64,000 bases of DNA, from assembly GCA_963772455.1 (NCBI GenBank), contig CAVYXJ010000005.1, positions 64,001 to 128,000 on the forward strand, read 5' to 3'. A program made the position numbers and the translations under genes. The notes beneath the pieces are model-generated. The model worked only from the letters and a program-made list of their open reading frames with translations, was not told the origin of the DNA and ran no database searches. Below, piece after piece: positions 18,761 to 28,716 of the stretch (its first letter is position 1; each line of letters opens with the position of its first letter). This DNA is from Candidatus Bathyarchaeota archaeon (GTDB taxonomy: Archaea; Thermoproteota; Bathyarchaeia; Bathyarchaeales; Bathycorpusculaceae).

Positions 18761-19192
18761 ATGGGGATTAAACTTTCAAAGTCCGATATAGCGTTCATTA
18801 AACAGTTACCAGTTTGCCGTCTTGCAACAGCAACCGAGGAATGTGAACCTGTTGTGAGACCTGTTTGGGCTATTTTCGATGGTGCAAACATCTACTTTGC
18901 ATCAGAACCAGACACCCCCAAACTTGAACATATAGAAGCTAACCCCCAAGTATCACTTGTCTTTGATGATTATGACGAAAAAAACTGGTCAACCATCAAA
19001 GGTATCCGTGTTCAAGGCGAAGCAGAGATCATGCTAAATGGCAAAGAATACCGCTATGCACATGACTTGCTCAAAGAAAAGTATCCCGAATACGCAAGTC
19101 CTGAAGGCAGCTGGAAAGAGGGCGATGTACCGATAATCAAAGTTACGCCAGTGTCATTCAACAAATGGGCTTCAGGGCAATGGAAAAAATAA
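18761..19192 (+). CDS. pyridoxamine 5'-phosphate oxidase-like (FMN/F420-binding split barrel) protein
   Basis: CRLATA..P.VRPVW...KLEHIEANPQVSLVFD...GIRVQGEAE pattern. Confidence 0.85.
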   Translation: MGIKLSKSDIAFIKQLPVCRLATATEECEPVVRPVWAIFDGANIYFASEPDTPKLEHIEANPQVSLVFDDYDEKNWSTIKGIRVQGEAEIMLNGKEYRYAHDLLKEKYPEYASPEGSWKEGDVPIIKVTPVSFNKWASGQWKK

Positions 19193-19332
19193 TCCTGCCT
19201 AATTTTCATCACTTAAGCATAATGAACAAAATCTACTCCCAAGAAAACAACCAATTCCGAATTATCGCCCGTTTTCTTTTTAACCTCAACTTCTAACAAG
19301 TTTCTTATAATCCTCCAAACAATCTTGTGTCT

Positions 19333-19554
19333 ATGAAAAATTCTGAATGCACAATCTACATCTTTTACAAAGATAAATGGCTGCAGAAATTTAGAAAAGA
19401 ACAGGATTGTTGGAAACTTTACAGTCGAAACGGGACAGTACGTCCATGCACTGCAGAACAATTTATCTCTCATCTTCTTCCACCGTTAGCTGGAATAAAA
19501 GGCCCAAACGTAACGGTAAAGGTAGAGCCAGACAAAATTGAAAACAAAAAATAA
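19333..19554 (+). CDS. small hypothetical protein
   Basis: ORF with ATG at 19333 (MKNSECTIY...) that fills the intergenic gap in the same orientation as its neighbours. Confidence 0.5.
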   Translation: MKNSECTIYIFYKDKWLQKFRKEQDCWKLYSRNGTVRPCTAEQFISHLLPPLAGIKGPNVTVKVEPDKIENKK

Positions 19555-19665
19555 TTTACAACCTAGAAACGCATAGGAAATAAATAAGCCAAAAACAAAC
19601 ACCCAATAGTTTATAACGAAAAGCTTATCCCCAAAATACCACTAATAAAGTCTGAGGGCTGAAGG

Positions 19666-20445
19666 TTGTCACTTGAATCGGGCAGAAAATTAGGGTATAT
19701 TGCAAGTTTAATATCGATTATTTTGCCAGTTGTTTCAATTGTGGGTGTAATAGTAATTTTCTTCTCAATATTTGTCACTGCTGCAACAAGGATCGGATCA
19801 GGTACAACTGCACCCAATCCCCTTGGACTCCCACTGGGATTAATTGGATTTACAGTTGCTCTAGCAGCCATCGGCATAACAGGTTTTATCTTATTTATGG
19901 TAGCAATGTATCGCCTTTCAAACTATTATAATGAACCAAGCATTTTCAAAAATGTTCTATACGCTTTTATAATAAACTTAGTCAGCGGCATAATCATTCT
20001 AATAGTGTTTTTCGCACTCACTTTAACGTCAATAGGAAGAATCACTCCTACAAATCCATCCTTTATAACCACGTTTATTGCACAATTAGTCATAACATAC
20101 ATAATCGCTTTTGCAATAGGCATTATTTTTGCAATAATAAACGGCTTACTATACATGCGCTCATTCAATAAACTTGGAGAAAAATCCGGAATCGAGGATT
20201 TTAAAACCGCAGCATTACTCTTCATAATAGGCGGCATAATTCCTTTAGTAACTTGGATAGCTTGGATTTTTGCAGCATTAGGCTTCAACAAGCTTAAAGC
20301 CACTCCACCACCGTCAACATATACCCCCAACACTTATCAACCAACACCATCAAACCCTTCACAGACCAAACGCTGCCCCAACTGCGGAGCAGAAAACCGA
20401 GCAGACTCTATCTTCTGCGGAAATTGCGGAAACCAACTACAATAA
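19666..20445 (+). CDS. DUF996-family membrane protein with C-terminal zinc ribbon
   Basis: MYRLSNYYNEPSIFKN and SFNKLGEKSGIEDFKTAA motifs, Pro-rich linker and CPNCG...CGNCG. Confidence 0.8.
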   Translation: MSLESGRKLGYIASLISIILPVVSIVGVIVIFFSIFVTAATRIGSGTTAPNPLGLPLGLIGFTVALAAIGITGFILFMVAMYRLSNYYNEPSIFKNVLYAFIINLVSGIIILIVFFALTLTSIGRITPTNPSFITTFIAQLVITYIIAFAIGIIFAIINGLLYMRSFNKLGEKSGIEDFKTAALLFIIGGIIPLVTWIAWIFAALGFNKLKATPPPSTYTPNTYQPTPSNPSQTKRCPNCGAENRADSIFCGNCGNQLQ

Positions 20446-20554
20446 AAAACCAATCAACAAACAAATAAGAAAACTAAATCTTTGCGCAAACTTTAATTTC
20501 ACAAAAATTTTATATCTCTGTGCGTTCTCCAATTAAACATTAAGTTGTGATTAT

Positions 20555-21535
20555 ATGGCAGTCAAAATTTCACCAGATTATATAGACCTTTTAAACAAGG
20601 CAGTCGAACGCGAAATTCAAGTTTCTCTACAATACATTCTTCAACACGCAAAAATGGAGAAACTTGTAAGAAGAACCATCCCTGAAAACATCCTCTTAGA
20701 CAAAACAACATATGATGCAGTTGGAAAATTCCTAAGAGAAATCTCAATCCAAGAAATGAAACATGCCGCCGCAATTATCGAACGTATCTACTATCTTGGC
20801 GGAAAAGCATCAACTAAATCTAGCAAAATCACCGTCGGCAACAGTATAAGCGAATTCTCAAAGCTCAACGCAAAAGCAGAGGAAGAAGCATTAGTGCTCT
20901 ACCGCGAAATAATTGAAACATCCGGAAAAATAGGCGATTGGGAAACTCGCGAACTTTTCGAAAAAATCTACGGTGAAGAAGAGCAGCACCTGTTCAAATT
21001 CCAAGAATACACAAAGTTCCAAGACGAGAAAGAAGAACCAAGCAAAGTACCGCTTCCTGAATGGCGAGAAATCTACACAGAAGACTACTTCACACTCCTC
21101 AACAAAGCTGTCTCCGCAGAAATAGCAGGCATCATCCAATACACAAACCAACATGAAAAAATGGCATTACTTGAACTTAGAATGAAAAATACAGCACTTG
21201 AAACAATCACAGAAACCAACAAAACAGCAGTTGTAAGCAAAATACTCAAAGAAACCTTCATGCAAGAAATGGATCACCTTGAAAAAATCAGCGAGCGCAT
21301 CTACCTCCTCGAGGGCGAAGCCACTTGGAAACCAGACCCATTACCAGTTGTCGGCAATACAGCACAAGAATTTCTAGTCCTAGATCACGCACTTGAAAGC
21401 AGCGCAATAACCCTCTACCGCCAAATCATCGCTGAAGCGCTTAAACGCGGCGACACATTAACAAGAAGAATGTTCGAAGACATCATTATCCAAGAAGAAA
21501 ACCACTTCTGGACCTTCGACGACTTCATAAGATAA
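20555..21535 (+). CDS. tandem two-domain ferritin/bacterioferritin-like di-iron protein
   Basis: Two repeats, each with E..QY..QH, EMxH, ExxA...Y and EExH. Confidence 0.85.
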   Translation: MAVKISPDYIDLLNKAVEREIQVSLQYILQHAKMEKLVRRTIPENILLDKTTYDAVGKFLREISIQEMKHAAAIIERIYYLGGKASTKSSKITVGNSISEFSKLNAKAEEEALVLYREIIETSGKIGDWETRELFEKIYGEEEQHLFKFQEYTKFQDEKEEPSKVPLPEWREIYTEDYFTLLNKAVSAEIAGIIQYTNQHEKMALLELRMKNTALETITETNKTAVVSKILKETFMQEMDHLEKISERIYLLEGEATWKPDPLPVVGNTAQEFLVLDHALESSAITLYRQIIAEALKRGDTLTRRMFEDIIIQEENHFWTFDDFIR

Positions 21536-21625
21536 AAAAAATCTTCATCTCCCATTTTTTGGGAGACATTCTAATTTTCAATAAACTCTGAAAACCTTTC
21601 TAAAAGAACTGAAAATGTGAAAACC

Positions 21626-23554
21626 ATGGTAATTGAAAGCATAAATTGGATGGCAGGCGGTCCCCAAGGAAGCGGCGTAGATTCAGCTTCCAATATATTT
21701 GGCAGAGCCTGCGGTTATGGCGGTTTGTATGTTTTTGGTAGAAGAGAATACCACTCAAACATCAAAACAATGCACAGCTACTTTCTACAACGAATATCCA
21801 AAGAACCCACGTTAGCAAACATTAGCGATGTTAACTTACTTGCGGCATTCGATGCAGAAACCATAGTACGCCACATCGGCGAAGTCATAAGTGAAGGCGG
21901 TATAATAGTTGATTCACGCGATCTTAACTTAAATGTCCTAAAGGATATTGCAACTTTTAGTGAAGATTATAAAAATCAAATCCAAACTTACATGAAAGAG
22001 AACAATATTGGCGAAACCATCAATGACTTCCTAAGCTATGCCAAACAAAAAAATATCCAGATTTTCGCAATCCCCTACATGGACCTACTAAAAAAAATCG
22101 GCGAAAAACTCGGAATCGAAAAAACCAGTTCACTTGCAAAAATGATAAATGTCTTAACAATAGGAGTGTCTTTTGCCTTACTAAAGTATGACCGAAAACT
22201 CGTAGAAGACGCCATCAAAGCTACCTTCCCCGAAAAAATCGCCGACATGAACGTCGTAGCCGTAAACACTGCATACGATTATACTGAAAAAAACTTCAAC
22301 GTTAACAGTTTCAAACACAAACTTGAAAAAACGGAAATTAAAGAACCAAGAATTTTCTTAACCGGCAACCAAGCTGTCGCCATGGGCAAAGTTCTAGGCG
22401 GATGCAGAGTCCAAACTTACTACCCAATTACCCCTGCAGCTGACGAGAGCGAATACTTGGAAGCCCACGAAATCTTAAAAACTAAAAAAGGCAGCGAAGA
22501 AGCCATAATTGTTCTTCAAACAGAAGATGAAATAGCAGCAGTAAACTCTGCGTCAGGCGCATGCTTAACAGGGGCTAGGGCAGCAACAAGCACATCAGGT
22601 CCAGGATTTTCATTGATGGCTGAAGGTTTAGGATGGGCAGGCAACAACGAAGTACCATTAGTAATAACTTTTTACCAGAGAGGCGGACCTGCAACTGGGC
22701 AACCAACACGCCACAGCCAACAGGACCTACGGTTTGCTATGCATGCTGCACACGGAGAATTCGCAAGAATAATCCTTGCTTCTGGAGACATCGAAGAGTG
22801 CTTCTTTGATGCCGCAGAAGTCTTCAATTTAGCTGAGAAATACCAAATGCCAGTTATTCATCTTCTCGATAAAGGAATGGCAAACTCATCACAGACATAC
22901 CCAGTCTTTGACTACTCAAAAATCAAAATAGACCGCGGCTTAATCGTAAACGAGAAAGATTTAGAAGGCAAAATATACAAACGCTTCCAATTTACCGAAA
23001 CAGGAATATCTCCAAGAGCATTTTTGGGAACAAAAAACGGTATTCACTGGTACAGCGGCGACGAACACAACGAATCAGGCAACATAAATGAAGAGCCAAA
23101 TATCAGAAGGAAAATGATGGATAAACGTTTGAAAAAACTTGAACTAGTCGATAAAGAGGTACCCTTGGAAATGAAAGCAAAGTTTTTCGGCGATAAAGAC
23201 TCTGAAAACATTGTAATCAGTTGGGGTTCACCCAAAGGCGCCATAATCGAATCGCTCAACCAATTAAAAGACGAAGGTTTCAGCTTGGGCTATATTCAAG
23301 TGCGCATGATTCAACCTCTTCCATCAGCTTACCTAAAACAGATATTAACAGGCAAAAAACGAATAATTGACATAGAAGACAATGCAACCGCTCAACTCAG
23401 CGGCGTGATAACAGAGAATACAAGCATCGAACCCAACTTTTACATTCTCAAATATACAGGAAGACCCATGATGACAACAGAAGTTTATGAAGCAATAAAA
23501 GCAATTTTAACTGATAAAGCAACTAAGAAGCAGGTGTTAATGCTTGGCGCATAA
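21626..23554 (+). CDS. korA: 2-oxoacid:ferredoxin oxidoreductase alpha subunit (gamma-alpha fusion)
   Basis: GGPQGSGVDS, YYPITPA, EDEIAA, TSGPGFSLM and QRGGPATGQPT motifs. Confidence 0.93.
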   Translation: MVIESINWMAGGPQGSGVDSASNIFGRACGYGGLYVFGRREYHSNIKTMHSYFLQRISKEPTLANISDVNLLAAFDAETIVRHIGEVISEGGIIVDSRDLNLNVLKDIATFSEDYKNQIQTYMKENNIGETINDFLSYAKQKNIQIFAIPYMDLLKKIGEKLGIEKTSSLAKMINVLTIGVSFALLKYDRKLVEDAIKATFPEKIADMNVVAVNTAYDYTEKNFNVNSFKHKLEKTEIKEPRIFLTGNQAVAMGKVLGGCRVQTYYPITPAADESEYLEAHEILKTKKGSEEAIIVLQTEDEIAAVNSASGACLTGARAATSTSGPGFSLMAEGLGWAGNNEVPLVITFYQRGGPATGQPTRHSQQDLRFAMHAAHGEFARIILASGDIEECFFDAAEVFNLAEKYQMPVIHLLDKGMANSSQTYPVFDYSKIKIDRGLIVNEKDLEGKIYKRFQFTETGISPRAFLGTKNGIHWYSGDEHNESGNINEEPNIRRKMMDKRLKKLELVDKEVPLEMKAKFFGDKDSENIVISWGSPKGAIIESLNQLKDEGFSLGYIQVRMIQPLPSAYLKQILTGKKRIIDIEDNATAQLSGVITENTSIEPNFYILKYTGRPMMTTEVYEAIKAILTDKATKKQVLMLGA

Positions 23555-24506
23555 ACCATCCGAATACAAAACAGATGTCTACACTGACTGGTGTCCAGGC
23601 TGCGGAGACTACGGAATCCTAAGCGCACTACAAATGGCTCTAGCTGACTTGAACCTTGAACCACATAATGTTGTTGTTGTTTCAGGAGTGGGTAACGCGG
23701 CAAAAACGCCTCACTTTGTGAAAGTCAACGGTGTGCACACACTTCATGGTAGACTACTTCCATTTGCAATGGGAATTAAGGTTGCAAACCCAAACCTAGA
23801 AGTAATCGGAGTCGGAGGAGACGGCGACGGACTTGGCATCGGGGCAGGCCATTTTGTTAACACTGGACGAAGAAACATAGACATGACCTACCTACTCTAC
23901 AACAACGGAGTTTATGGCTTAACAAAGGGACAAGCTTCACCAACACTTCGCCTCGGCATGCAGACAAAATCACTTCCGAACCCAAACATTAACGATGCTA
24001 TCATCCCAGTTGCCCTCGCAATCACGTCTGGTTACACATTTGTTGCAAGGTCTTACGCTTTTGATGTTATTCACTTAAAAAACACGATCAAACAAGGAAT
24101 TGACCATAAGGGCTTAGCGTTTGTCGAGTGCTTACAGCCATGCCCAGTCTACAATGACATAAACACTAAAGACTGGTATGCAGGTGAAGACCGCAAAGAT
24201 GCTGCAGGCAAACCTCAACCAAGACTCTACAAGCTGGAAGAAACAGGGTTTGATCCAGTTGTCCATGATGAAAGCGAAGAATTCAAGAAAAAAGTCGCGG
24301 GTTTAGAAAAAGCGCAGGAATGGAACAACAAAATCCCAATTGGCGTTTTCTACAAAAATGGGTTAAAACCCACATTCCAAGAACGCTTTTCCCAAAGAAT
24401 ACCATTCTACATCAAGAACCCACCAGCGAAACAGCAACTAAAAGACGAAAACAACAACTCTACTCTTGACTTAAGCGAGTTCATGGATAACCTAAAAACA
24501 AGTTAG
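23544..24506 (+). CDS. korB: 2-oxoacid:ferredoxin oxidoreductase beta subunit
   Basis: WCPGCGD, HTLHGR, TPP motif GGDGD...NNGVYGLTKGQASPT and LQPCP. Confidence 0.93.
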   Translation: MAHKPSEYKTDVYTDWCPGCGDYGILSALQMALADLNLEPHNVVVVSGVGNAAKTPHFVKVNGVHTLHGRLLPFAMGIKVANPNLEVIGVGGDGDGLGIGAGHFVNTGRRNIDMTYLLYNNGVYGLTKGQASPTLRLGMQTKSLPNPNINDAIIPVALAITSGYTFVARSYAFDVIHLKNTIKQGIDHKGLAFVECLQPCPVYNDINTKDWYAGEDRKDAAGKPQPRLYKLEETGFDPVVHDESEEFKKKVAGLEKAQEWNNKIPIGVFYKNGLKPTFQERFSQRIPFYIKNPPAKQQLKDENNNSTLDLSEFMDNLKTS

Positions 24507-24526
24507 CGTTTCTTGGCTAAGAAACG
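24507..24526. terminator. near-perfect palindrome just after the korB stop, between convergent genes
   Basis: cgtttcttggctaagaaacg (arms cgtttctt/aagaaacg). Confidence 0.45.
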
Positions 24527-24606
24527 TAAGGAGCTTCTCCTTTCTCCTCAAAACACATAACGTTAGTTTAGCTTATAACCACTATTTCCGAAGTCGACAT
24601 ATATCA

Positions 24607-24978
24607 TTAAGACTTCGATTCTGCTTCATCATCAAAGTAGCAGTCTTCAGTGAATCTAGGCGTACAAACGCAGTAGAAAACAAGGTCGGTATGGCCCGTG
24701 TTGGTTATTTTCTGCGATGTCTCAGCAGGAATGACGATAACATCACCAACACTCACATTAGTTGATTCAAAGTCACTAAAGGTTACTTTGCCCTCTCCCG
24801 CCGTAATTATATAGATTTCCTGGATTTTTTTTAGGTGATGTGCTTTAGTTGTAATGCCTGGCTTAACTGTTGCACGCGCTATTGAAACGTCTTTGTCGCT
24901 GAAATTTTCAGCAATGTAGCATCTTTCAGGTGTCAAATATTCATATGGTATGTTGGCTTTTACAATTTTTGGCAGCAA
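24607..24978 (-). CDS. cupin domain protein
   Basis: ARATVKPG..TKAHHL...EIYII..GEG and GDVIVIPA..SQKITNTG motifs. Confidence 0.88.
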   Translation of the reverse strand: MLPKIVKANIPYEYLTPERCYIAENFSDKDVSIARATVKPGITTKAHHLKKIQEIYIITAGEGKVTFSDFESTNVSVGDVIVIPAETSQKITNTGHTDLVFYCVCTPRFTEDCYFDDEAESKS

Positions 24979-25214
24979 ATTTCAACATTCCTGGTCTTGT
25001 TTGTTTACAGAAAACAAATACTGAATATTTGTACTTTTAATTATATTGTTTACGCAAACCTTAACCAATGGATTAATTGGTTAAAAAAGGGTTTTTGGCG
25101 GAAAAGAAGCTTGTTTCAGATTTTTTTATTTGTGGTTTTTTGTTTAAACTTCACGGTATTGACTATGAGTTTAATCGTAGTTTTGCATGTTTAATGTGAA
25201 ATCAACTTATATAT

Positions 25215-25230
25215 GCGCTAAATGTAGTGT
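25215..25230 (+). promoter_or_regulatory. putative NrdR box directly downstream of a TATA-like element (ttatatat 25207-25214)
   Basis: gcgctaaatgtagtgt matches the NrdR consensus acaCwAtATaTwGtgt at 12/16 positions; a second half-box acactaca lies at 25248. Confidence 0.6.
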
Positions 25231-25281
25231 GTACAATAAGCTTACTTACACTACACATTAACAAAAGCATGAGAATTAAAA

Positions 25282-25728
25282 ATGAGATGTCCCTACTGCA
25301 ATTCCGATAATTCAAAAACCCTCGAAACACGCGACTCCCCAGAAAATACCACACGCAGACGAAAAGAATGCATCAACTGTAACAAACGCTACACTACCTA
25401 CGAGTACCTTGAGACAGTCGAGTTAATGGTCAGAAAAAAAGACGGCGAACTCCAACGCTTCGACGTCAATAAAATAATCCGTGGTTTACAGAAAGCCTGC
25501 GAAAAAAGACCCATAACTATGACTCAAATTAACGAGTTAGCTGGACAAGTACGCCAAGATCTCATGCTTAAAGGAACAGAAGAAGTCGCATCAGGAGAAA
25601 TCGGCGACTTAATCATGAAATACCTCAAAAACGTGGATCGGATTGCATACATTCGATTCGCTTCAGTTTACAAACAATTTGAAGAACCTGAAGATTTCAG
25701 GCGATTACTATTGGAAGTGAAAAAATGA
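25282..25728 (+). CDS. nrdR: transcriptional repressor NrdR
   Basis: MRCPYC...TRRRKECINCNKRYTTYE zinc ribbon, ATP cone and AYIRFASVY. Confidence 0.96.
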   Translation: MRCPYCNSDNSKTLETRDSPENTTRRRKECINCNKRYTTYEYLETVELMVRKKDGELQRFDVNKIIRGLQKACEKRPITMTQINELAGQVRQDLMLKGTEEVASGEIGDLIMKYLKNVDRIAYIRFASVYKQFEEPEDFRRLLLEVKK

Positions 25729-27851
25729 AGTTTGTATTAAAACGTGATAGCAAATTAGAACCCTTCGATCAAGAACGTATTACAATTGCCATTTGGAAAG
25801 CCGCTAAAGCAGTTGGCGGAAAAGACAAAGAACAAGCTAAACGAATCAGCGACGAAGTTGTAGCTCAACTAAACAAATTGTATGGCGATGACGGCGTTCC
25901 CACAGTTGAGGAGGTCCAAGATGTTGTTGAAAAACGCTTAATCGAAAATGGCCATGCTTCAACATCTAAAGCCTACATCCTCTACCGAAAACAACACACT
26001 GACATGCGCGAATTAGCCGCATTATTGAGCTCTTCAGATATGGTGGATCAATATCTCGAAGTTGAAGATTGGCGTGTGAAAGAAAACAGTAACATGAGCT
26101 ATTCACTTCAAGGCCTCAACAACTACCTCTCATCTACAGTTATCGCCAAGTACTGGATTGCTAGAATTTACCCCCAGAAAATTGCAGAATCACACTTCTC
26201 AGGCGACATGCACATCCACGATCTAGGCGTACTTGGACCTTACTGCGTCGGCTGGGACGTAAGCGATTTGCTACTTTCAGGCTTCGGAGGAGTAGCAGGT
26301 AAAATCGAGAGCAAACCTGCCAAACATTTCCGCACAGCACTGGGACAAGTAGTAAACTTTTTCTACACACTCCAAGGAGAAGCTGCTGGTGCACAAGCAT
26401 TCAGCAACTTTGACACATACCTAGCACCCTTCATCCGATATGACCACTTAAGCCAGAAAGATGTTGATCAAGCGCTACAAGAGTTCTTCTTCAACATGAA
26501 CGTACCAACCCGCGTTGGTTTTCAAGCACCGTTCACTAATTTAACTTTGGATTTAACAGTTCCAGACTTTATGAAGAATGAAGCGGTACTATACAACGGC
26601 AAAATTACACAAGATACGTACGGCGATATGACCAAAGAGATGGACATGTTCAATTTAGCCTTCGCTGAAGGTATGCGCCAAGGCGATTCCAAGGGCAGAG
26701 TCTTCACATTCCCAATTCCAACATACAACATAACCAAAGACTTCGATTGGGAGTCACCCGTATCTCAAGCAATTTTTGAAGTCACCGCCAAATACGGAGT
26801 ACCATACTTCTCAAACTTCGTTAACAGTGACATGAAACCTGAAGACGTACGCAGCATGTGCTGTCGCCTACGAATAGACAACCGTGAACTACGCAAACGT
26901 GGAGGCGGATTCTTCGGTGCCAACCCATTAACAGGCAGCATCGGCGTTGTCACCCTCAACATTCCAAGAATTGGTTACTTATCAAAAGATGAAGACGAAT
27001 TCTTTGAAAAACTAGAAGGCTTAATGGAAATTGCTAAACAAAGCTTAGAAATCAAACGCAAAGTACTTGAAACCTTCACTGATAACGGTTTGTACCCGTA
27101 TTCAAAACGTTATTTGAGACATGTCAAGGAAGCTTACGGCAAATTCTGGAAGAACCATTTCTCAACCATAGGCATAGTAGGCGTCAACGAAGCAATAATA
27201 AACCTAATAGGACAAAATATTGCCTCGCGCGATGGACAAGCCTTCGCCCAAAAAACGCTTACCTTCATGCGTCAACGCTTAGCAAACTTCCAAGAGGAAA
27301 CAGGCTGCATATACAACCTTGAAGCAACCCCCGCCGAAGGGACCTCTTATCGACTTGCACGCTTAGATAAAAAACGATACCGAGACATAATATTCGCCAA
27401 TCAAAAACATATTAACTCAACCCGCGCCGAACCATTCTATACTAACTCTTCCCAGCTACCTGTGGACTTCTCAGGTGACCTCTTCGATGCTCTCGAGCAC
27501 CAAGAAACCCTACAATCACTATATACTGGAGGCACAGTGTTTCATATTTTCCTTGGCGAACGTCTACCATCTTGGAAATCAGCCGCTGAATTAATTAAGA
27601 AAGTCGCTTGGAACTCAAAACTACCCTACTTCACTTTGTCACCCACCTTTAGCATTTGTCCAACCCACGGATACACAAACGGAGAACACAAACAATGCCC
27701 AGTCTGCGAAGCAACCTGCGAAGTCTACTCGAGAGTAGTCGGTTACTTGCGACCAGTTGACCAATGGAATGATGGAAAACAAGCAGAATTCAACATACGC
27801 AAAACCTTCGATCGATCCACCATAGTTACATCCGCACCCTTAACTTCTTAA
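25725..27851 (+). CDS. nrdD: anaerobic (class III) ribonucleoside-triphosphate reductase
   Basis: N-terminal ATP cone, SMCCRL thiyl loop, EATPAEG, C-terminal Zn site and glycyl radical motif YSRVVGYL. Confidence 0.95.
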   Translation: MKFVLKRDSKLEPFDQERITIAIWKAAKAVGGKDKEQAKRISDEVVAQLNKLYGDDGVPTVEEVQDVVEKRLIENGHASTSKAYILYRKQHTDMRELAALLSSSDMVDQYLEVEDWRVKENSNMSYSLQGLNNYLSSTVIAKYWIARIYPQKIAESHFSGDMHIHDLGVLGPYCVGWDVSDLLLSGFGGVAGKIESKPAKHFRTALGQVVNFFYTLQGEAAGAQAFSNFDTYLAPFIRYDHLSQKDVDQALQEFFFNMNVPTRVGFQAPFTNLTLDLTVPDFMKNEAVLYNGKITQDTYGDMTKEMDMFNLAFAEGMRQGDSKGRVFTFPIPTYNITKDFDWESPVSQAIFEVTAKYGVPYFSNFVNSDMKPEDVRSMCCRLRIDNRELRKRGGGFFGANPLTGSIGVVTLNIPRIGYLSKDEDEFFEKLEGLMEIAKQSLEIKRKVLETFTDNGLYPYSKRYLRHVKEAYGKFWKNHFSTIGIVGVNEAIINLIGQNIASRDGQAFAQKTLTFMRQRLANFQEETGCIYNLEATPAEGTSYRLARLDKKRYRDIIFANQKHINSTRAEPFYTNSSQLPVDFSGDLFDALEHQETLQSLYTGGTVFHIFLGERLPSWKSAAELIKKVAWNSKLPYFTLSPTFSICPTHGYTNGEHKQCPVCEATCEVYSRVVGYLRPVDQWNDGKQAEFNIRKTFDRSTIVTSAPLTS

Positions 27852-27865
27852 GGAGAAAATAGCCA

Positions 27866-28543
27866 ATGAAGTTTAGTGGATTACAAAAAGTCAGTCTCGT
27901 AGATTACCCAGATAAAATAGCATCAGTACTATTCACCCCAGGCTGCAATTTGCGCTGTCCCTTCTGCCATAACTGGCGAATCGCTGTTGATCCTCAACCG
28001 CCGTTTCTGCAGGAAGGTATAGCTTTGGAGATTTTAGAGAGCCGCAAAAAATACGTTGACGCAGTAGTAGTAACTGGTGGCGAACCATGTATGCATAAGG
28101 AGCTGCCAAAGTTTCTTGCTAAACTAAAAGATCGAGGTTTTATGGTAAAGTTGGACACGAACGGGTTCTTCCCAGATAAACTCGAAGAATGCCTCGGAAG
28201 CGTGGATTACGTAGCAATGGACGTGAAAACATGCAGAGAAAAATACAAGCTTTTGGGCGCTAACGAAACGACGGGGTTAATGCGTACAATGGAAATCCTT
28301 AAAATGGGTAAAGTACCCTACGAATTCCGCACAACTGCTGTTCCAGAACTCGTTACAAAGCAGGATGCCACATGTATAGGTGAGATGGTTAAAGGCTCAA
28401 AAACTCATGCAATCCAACAATTCATCGCCCAAGACACCCTTGATAAACGTTATCAAACACTCAAACCCTACGCACCGGAAACAATCGATGACTTCGCAAA
28501 AATAATCCAGCCCTTTACTGAAAAAGTCGTTGTCCGAATCTAG
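27866..28543 (+). CDS. nrdG: anaerobic RNR activating radical SAM protein
   Basis: GCNLRCPFCHN, TGGEP and DTNG motifs; follows nrdD. Confidence 0.93.
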   Translation: MKFSGLQKVSLVDYPDKIASVLFTPGCNLRCPFCHNWRIAVDPQPPFLQEGIALEILESRKKYVDAVVVTGGEPCMHKELPKFLAKLKDRGFMVKLDTNGFFPDKLEECLGSVDYVAMDVKTCREKYKLLGANETTGLMRTMEILKMGKVPYEFRTTAVPELVTKQDATCIGEMVKGSKTHAIQQFIAQDTLDKRYQTLKPYAPETIDDFAKIIQPFTEKVVVRI

Positions 28544-28716
28544 TTCAACATTTAGATTAGTTTTTTTGATTACTATCCTTCTTCAAGATATCAATAGTTT
28601 TTAAATTTCTTCAATTTATTAACCCCTATATTTCCAATAGAAGCACTTGTTGTAGTCACTCCACAGTCACAACTTCTAAAAAACCCCAGCAAAGCTTCAT
28701 TATTTAGGCAAAAACC

